Positions 62,477 to 64,000 of a stretch of 64,000 bases of DNA are shown here, in pieces. Position numbers and translations under genes: made by a program. The notes beneath the pieces were generated by a model. That model saw only the letters and a list, made by a program, of their open reading frames with translations, made no database searches and had not been told where the DNA came from. Position 1 is the stretch's first letter. Each line of letters begins with the position of its first letter. The DNA comes from Chitinophagaceae bacterium (GTDB taxonomy: Bacteria > Bacteroidota > Bacteroidia > Chitinophagales > Chitinophagaceae), in NCBI GenBank assembly GCA_049421765.1, contig JBMSNP010000006.1, positions 2,712-66,711 of the forward strand, read 5' to 3'.

Positions 62477-64000
62477 TTAGAATCCTACGCGTAAGCCCAC
62501 GTTTACACTTACCGGGGCAGGCACATTGCCATAGTCAAATCCCCAGCCGCCTACACCACGGGCTCCTGCCGTGTTTCCGCTCACTGCAGGATCGGCGCCG
62601 GTATAATTGGTCATCAGGATCAGATCGTTGGCTGTTATGAACAAACCGGCCGACTTGACAAATCCCATCCGGCTGATCATATTCTCACCGAATGAGTATT
62701 TAAGAGTGATGTCTCGGAGCCGGAACCAGTTTACATCCTTCTCGATAAACTGTTCTTCTGGCATACGGGAAATATAGTAGCCATCATTATAGGCAGGGAT
62801 GACCACGATTGTATTCCGGGTAGGGTTCGAACTGTTCTGGAACCCGTCTTTCAGCACGCCCTGGATAACCCGGGGCGTATAACGGTCATCCGTGTTCTTG
62901 CTGATACCCTGCAGCGTCAGGTACATGTCGGTGGCATTGAAAACATCACCTCCGACTTTCAAATCCCAAAGGAAATTCAGGCTCCAGTTTTTGTACCGGA
63001 AATTATTGACCCAGCCCAGGGTGAAGTTGGGGTTCCTGTCGCCCCTTACGCGGAATACCGGGTCCATAACAGGAAGCCCGTTTGCCGGGTCAATCAGGAT
63101 ATCCCCGGCTGCGCTCCGTTCATAGCCATAGGCGGTGATCGCCGTGGTGGGTCCCCCGGTTACCAGGCCGCCCCGGGCGTTGCCATATATCCATGTTTCA
63201 GAAATATAGAACTCAGGAACATTGGGGGGCAGGAACAGCACCTTGTTCTTCATTTTATTGAAGTTGAACCGGGTGTTCCAGCTGAAATTGGGTTTGGAAA
63301 CCGGGGTCAGGTCCAGGCTGATCTCCAGGCCGGTGTTCCGGGTAGATCCCACGTTGATCGTATTCAGTACATATCCCGTACCGTAGCTGGCCCGGAAATT
63401 TTCTGCGATCTGTTTTTCATTCAGGGTATTGTAGTAAGTAATATCAAGCCCGATCTTGTTGCGGAATAACCGAAGCTCGGTTCCGAGCTCATAGGTGCTC
63501 TGGATCTCCGGTTCAAGCAGGTAGTTGTTATTGGTAAACCCGTAAGCATAGCCGCCTCCGCTGGAAGTTACGTTATTGAAAACCGACTGGTTCGCATAGG
63601 GGGAACTGGACCGGGCCGTGCTGGCCAGCGAAGTCCTGAGCTTCATGAAGTTTATGAAGTTGTTCTTCTTCATGGCCGGGAAGATATCACTCACCACAAA
63701 ACTCACGCTTCCCGCAGGATAATTGTAATTGCGGAATTTCTTGGGGAAGATTGACGAGGTTTCAAACCGGTGCGAGTATGTCAGGAAGATATAGTTTTTG
63801 AAACTCACATGGAATTCTCCGAAAAACGCCAGTTGACGGCTCAGGGAATAGTTGAATAAACCGCCCGGAGGCAACAGACCCCGGTTCAACCGTTGCCGGA
63901 TGCTGGCCCGGGTGGTAGTGCTGTCACCCATCCATTGTTCAATCTGGGCCTGGTTCACAATGGCCAGGTTTTTGACCATCTGCCCCTGGGTATTGACAGA
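62477..64000 (-). CDS. susC: SusC/RagA-type TonB-dependent outer-membrane transporter, C-terminal part (5' end lies beyond the window)
   Basis: The frame stays open to position 64000 (...SVNTQGQMVKNLAIVNQ...). Beta-barrel strands and a C-terminal ...VNVGLRVGF terminal-Phe motif. The stop lies 31 nt before the susD start. Confidence 0.9.
   Translation of the reverse strand, partial: SVNTQGQMVKNLAIVNQAQIEQWMGDSTTTRASIRQRLNRGLLPPGGLFNYSLSRQLAFFGEFHVSFKNYIFLTYSHRFETSSIFPKKFRNYNYPAGSVSFVVSDIFPAMKKNNFINFMKLRTSLASTARSSSPYANQSVFNNVTSSGGGYAYGFTNNNYLLEPEIQSTYELGTELRLFRNKIGLDITYYNTLNEKQIAENFRASYGTGYVLNTINVGSTRNTGLEISLDLTPVSKPNFSWNTRFNFNKMKNKVLFLPPNVPEFYISETWIYGNARGGLVTGGPTTAITAYGYERSAAGDILIDPANGLPVMDPVFRVRGDRNPNFTLGWVNNFRYKNWSLNFLWDLKVGGDVFNATDMYLTLQGISKNTDDRYTPRVIQGVLKDGFQNSSNPTRNTIVVIPAYNDGYYISRMPEEQFIEKDVNWFRLRDITLKYSFGENMISRMGFVKSAGLFITANDLILMTNYTGADPAVSGNTAGARGVGGWGFDYGNVPAPVSVNVGLRVGF

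Noticed and set aside
1-64000. Mobile elements, prophage, integrative island boundaries, and defence systems (restriction-modification, abortive infection, retrons, toxin-antitoxin).
   Set aside because: None of the translated ORFs shows transposase, integrase, recombinase, reverse transcriptase, nuclease-helicase or restriction-enzyme motifs. The methyltransferases present are small-molecule/protein-type class I enzymes without DNA-MTase motifs (no DPPY/NPPY or PCQ).

Overview
This is a gene-dense 64-kb chromosomal segment with about 56 protein genes on both strands. It reads as Bacteroidota, probably Chitinophagia/Sphingobacteriia-like. The markers for that call are a SusC/SusD pair, a T9SS type-B C-terminal-domain cargo protein, an ECF sigma/anti-sigma pair, Bacteroidota-type ParE/ParC, class-I FbaB and b558-type SdhCAB.

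Most of the window is housekeeping:
- smc, parE, parC, smpB, accD, fbaB, sdhCAB, murQ with a BadF-type sugar kinase, and ychF.
- A Ctp-type S41 peptidase, an M24B aminopeptidase, an S9 peptidase and an L,D-transpeptidase.
- A tandem universal-stress-protein pair and a thiol/redox gene neighbourhood.

I recognised no rRNA, tRNA, CRISPR array, transposase/IS, integrase, phage genes or known defence/toxin-antitoxin cassette. I do not see one unambiguous novel multi-gene system. The best candidates for a second look are:
1. A five-gene unit in which parE and parC bracket a methyltransferase/DUF1835-like/DUF4260-like insert. It is preceded by a hairpin-rich leader.
2. A T9SS type-B cargo gene followed by a small atypical beta-barrel and facing a 1158-aa barrel of unknown family.
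3. An in-frame TAA that splits a PLP-enzyme/CBS-pair gene.
4. An orphan protein with RIO-like kinase motifs.
5. Tandem lipoproteins with a C-x4-CH cytochrome-like motif.
6. Two secreted Cys-rich products.
7. Two intergenic loci of degenerate 8-9-bp word repeats that share a CGGACTT core.

All product calls come from reading the translated ORFs and recalling motifs. No database search was run. Start codons were re-inspected in the DNA, and several ORF-track starts were trimmed.
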